A stretch of DNA of 64,000 nt from the NCBI GenBank assembly GCA_008632985.1, contig QPGO01000092.1, forward strand, positions 124,001 through 188,000, given 5' to 3'. The notes beneath the pieces are model-generated. The model was not told the DNA's origin, did no database searches, and worked only from the letters and a program-made list of their open reading frames with translations. Positions within the stretch are counted from its first letter, which is position 1, and each line of letters begins with the position of its first letter. Shown here one piece after another: positions 63,747 through 64,000 of this stretch. Position numbers and translations under genes: made by a program. This DNA comes from Psammoneis japonica (Eukaryota).

Positions 63747-64000
63747 CTAGATATCATCGAAATCAATACCAATATCATCATTGTCATCATCTCCCGTCAT
63801 GGCCATATCGACTGCTGTCTCATTAATACGCGCCGTTTCTGGCAGTTCTCCGTATTGTTTGAGATTACGAGCTTCATCTGCCGTGTACTTGTGTATAATA
63901 TCCACCTTTTCGTCTTGGAAATCTCTCTTTCCCACCAAGACAATGTCTCCGGCTGTAATCCAAACCTTTTTCCTCATTTTTCCACGGATATGTCCGAGCC
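63747..64000 (-). CDS. EIF1A: Translation initiation factor eIF1A, 3' part (5' end outside the window)
   Basis: [45 protein letters not shown], followed by an acidic tail. Confidence 0.96.
   Translation of the reverse strand, partial: LGHIRGKMRKKVWITAGDIVLVGKRDFQDEKVDIIHKYTADEARNLKQYGELPETARINETAVDMAMTGDDDNDDIGIDFDDI

Overview
Eukaryotic nuclear DNA, most likely from a diatom. This is inferred from short GT-AG introns, a signal peptide plus SAF plastid-targeting motif, and the gene content; the species cannot be determined. Two kinds of sequence alternate. (1) Ordinary host genes: LAMTOR4-like, a PHD/bromodomain/SET methyltransferase, PI-PLC, NOB1, an LRR protein, SF3B3, a MINDY3/4-type deubiquitinase, ATG3, an SDR, cyanase, nuclear ycf34, a modular secreted protein, a paralog pair and eIF1A. 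Several carry 1-bp frameshifts, mostly in homopolymers, that look like assembly errors. (2) Three transposon-derived blocks (about 1-21.4 kb, 47.1-50.0 kb and 51.5-54.8 kb) that have lost almost all TpA dinucleotides. Block 1 holds a 7.4-kb four-ORF Plavaka-type DNA transposon with terminal inverted repeats, nested in reverse orientation inside the transposase of an older relative. The main finding is a candidate repeat-targeted hypermutation process converting TpA to TpG/CpA (A:T to G:C). It turns Tyr codons into Cys/His, appears to have destroyed both splice sites of an intron, removes stop codons, precedes CpG decay and spares adjacent host genes. This is the opposite direction to fungal RIP. 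All counts were made by eye and are approximate, and a sequencing artefact still has to be excluded.
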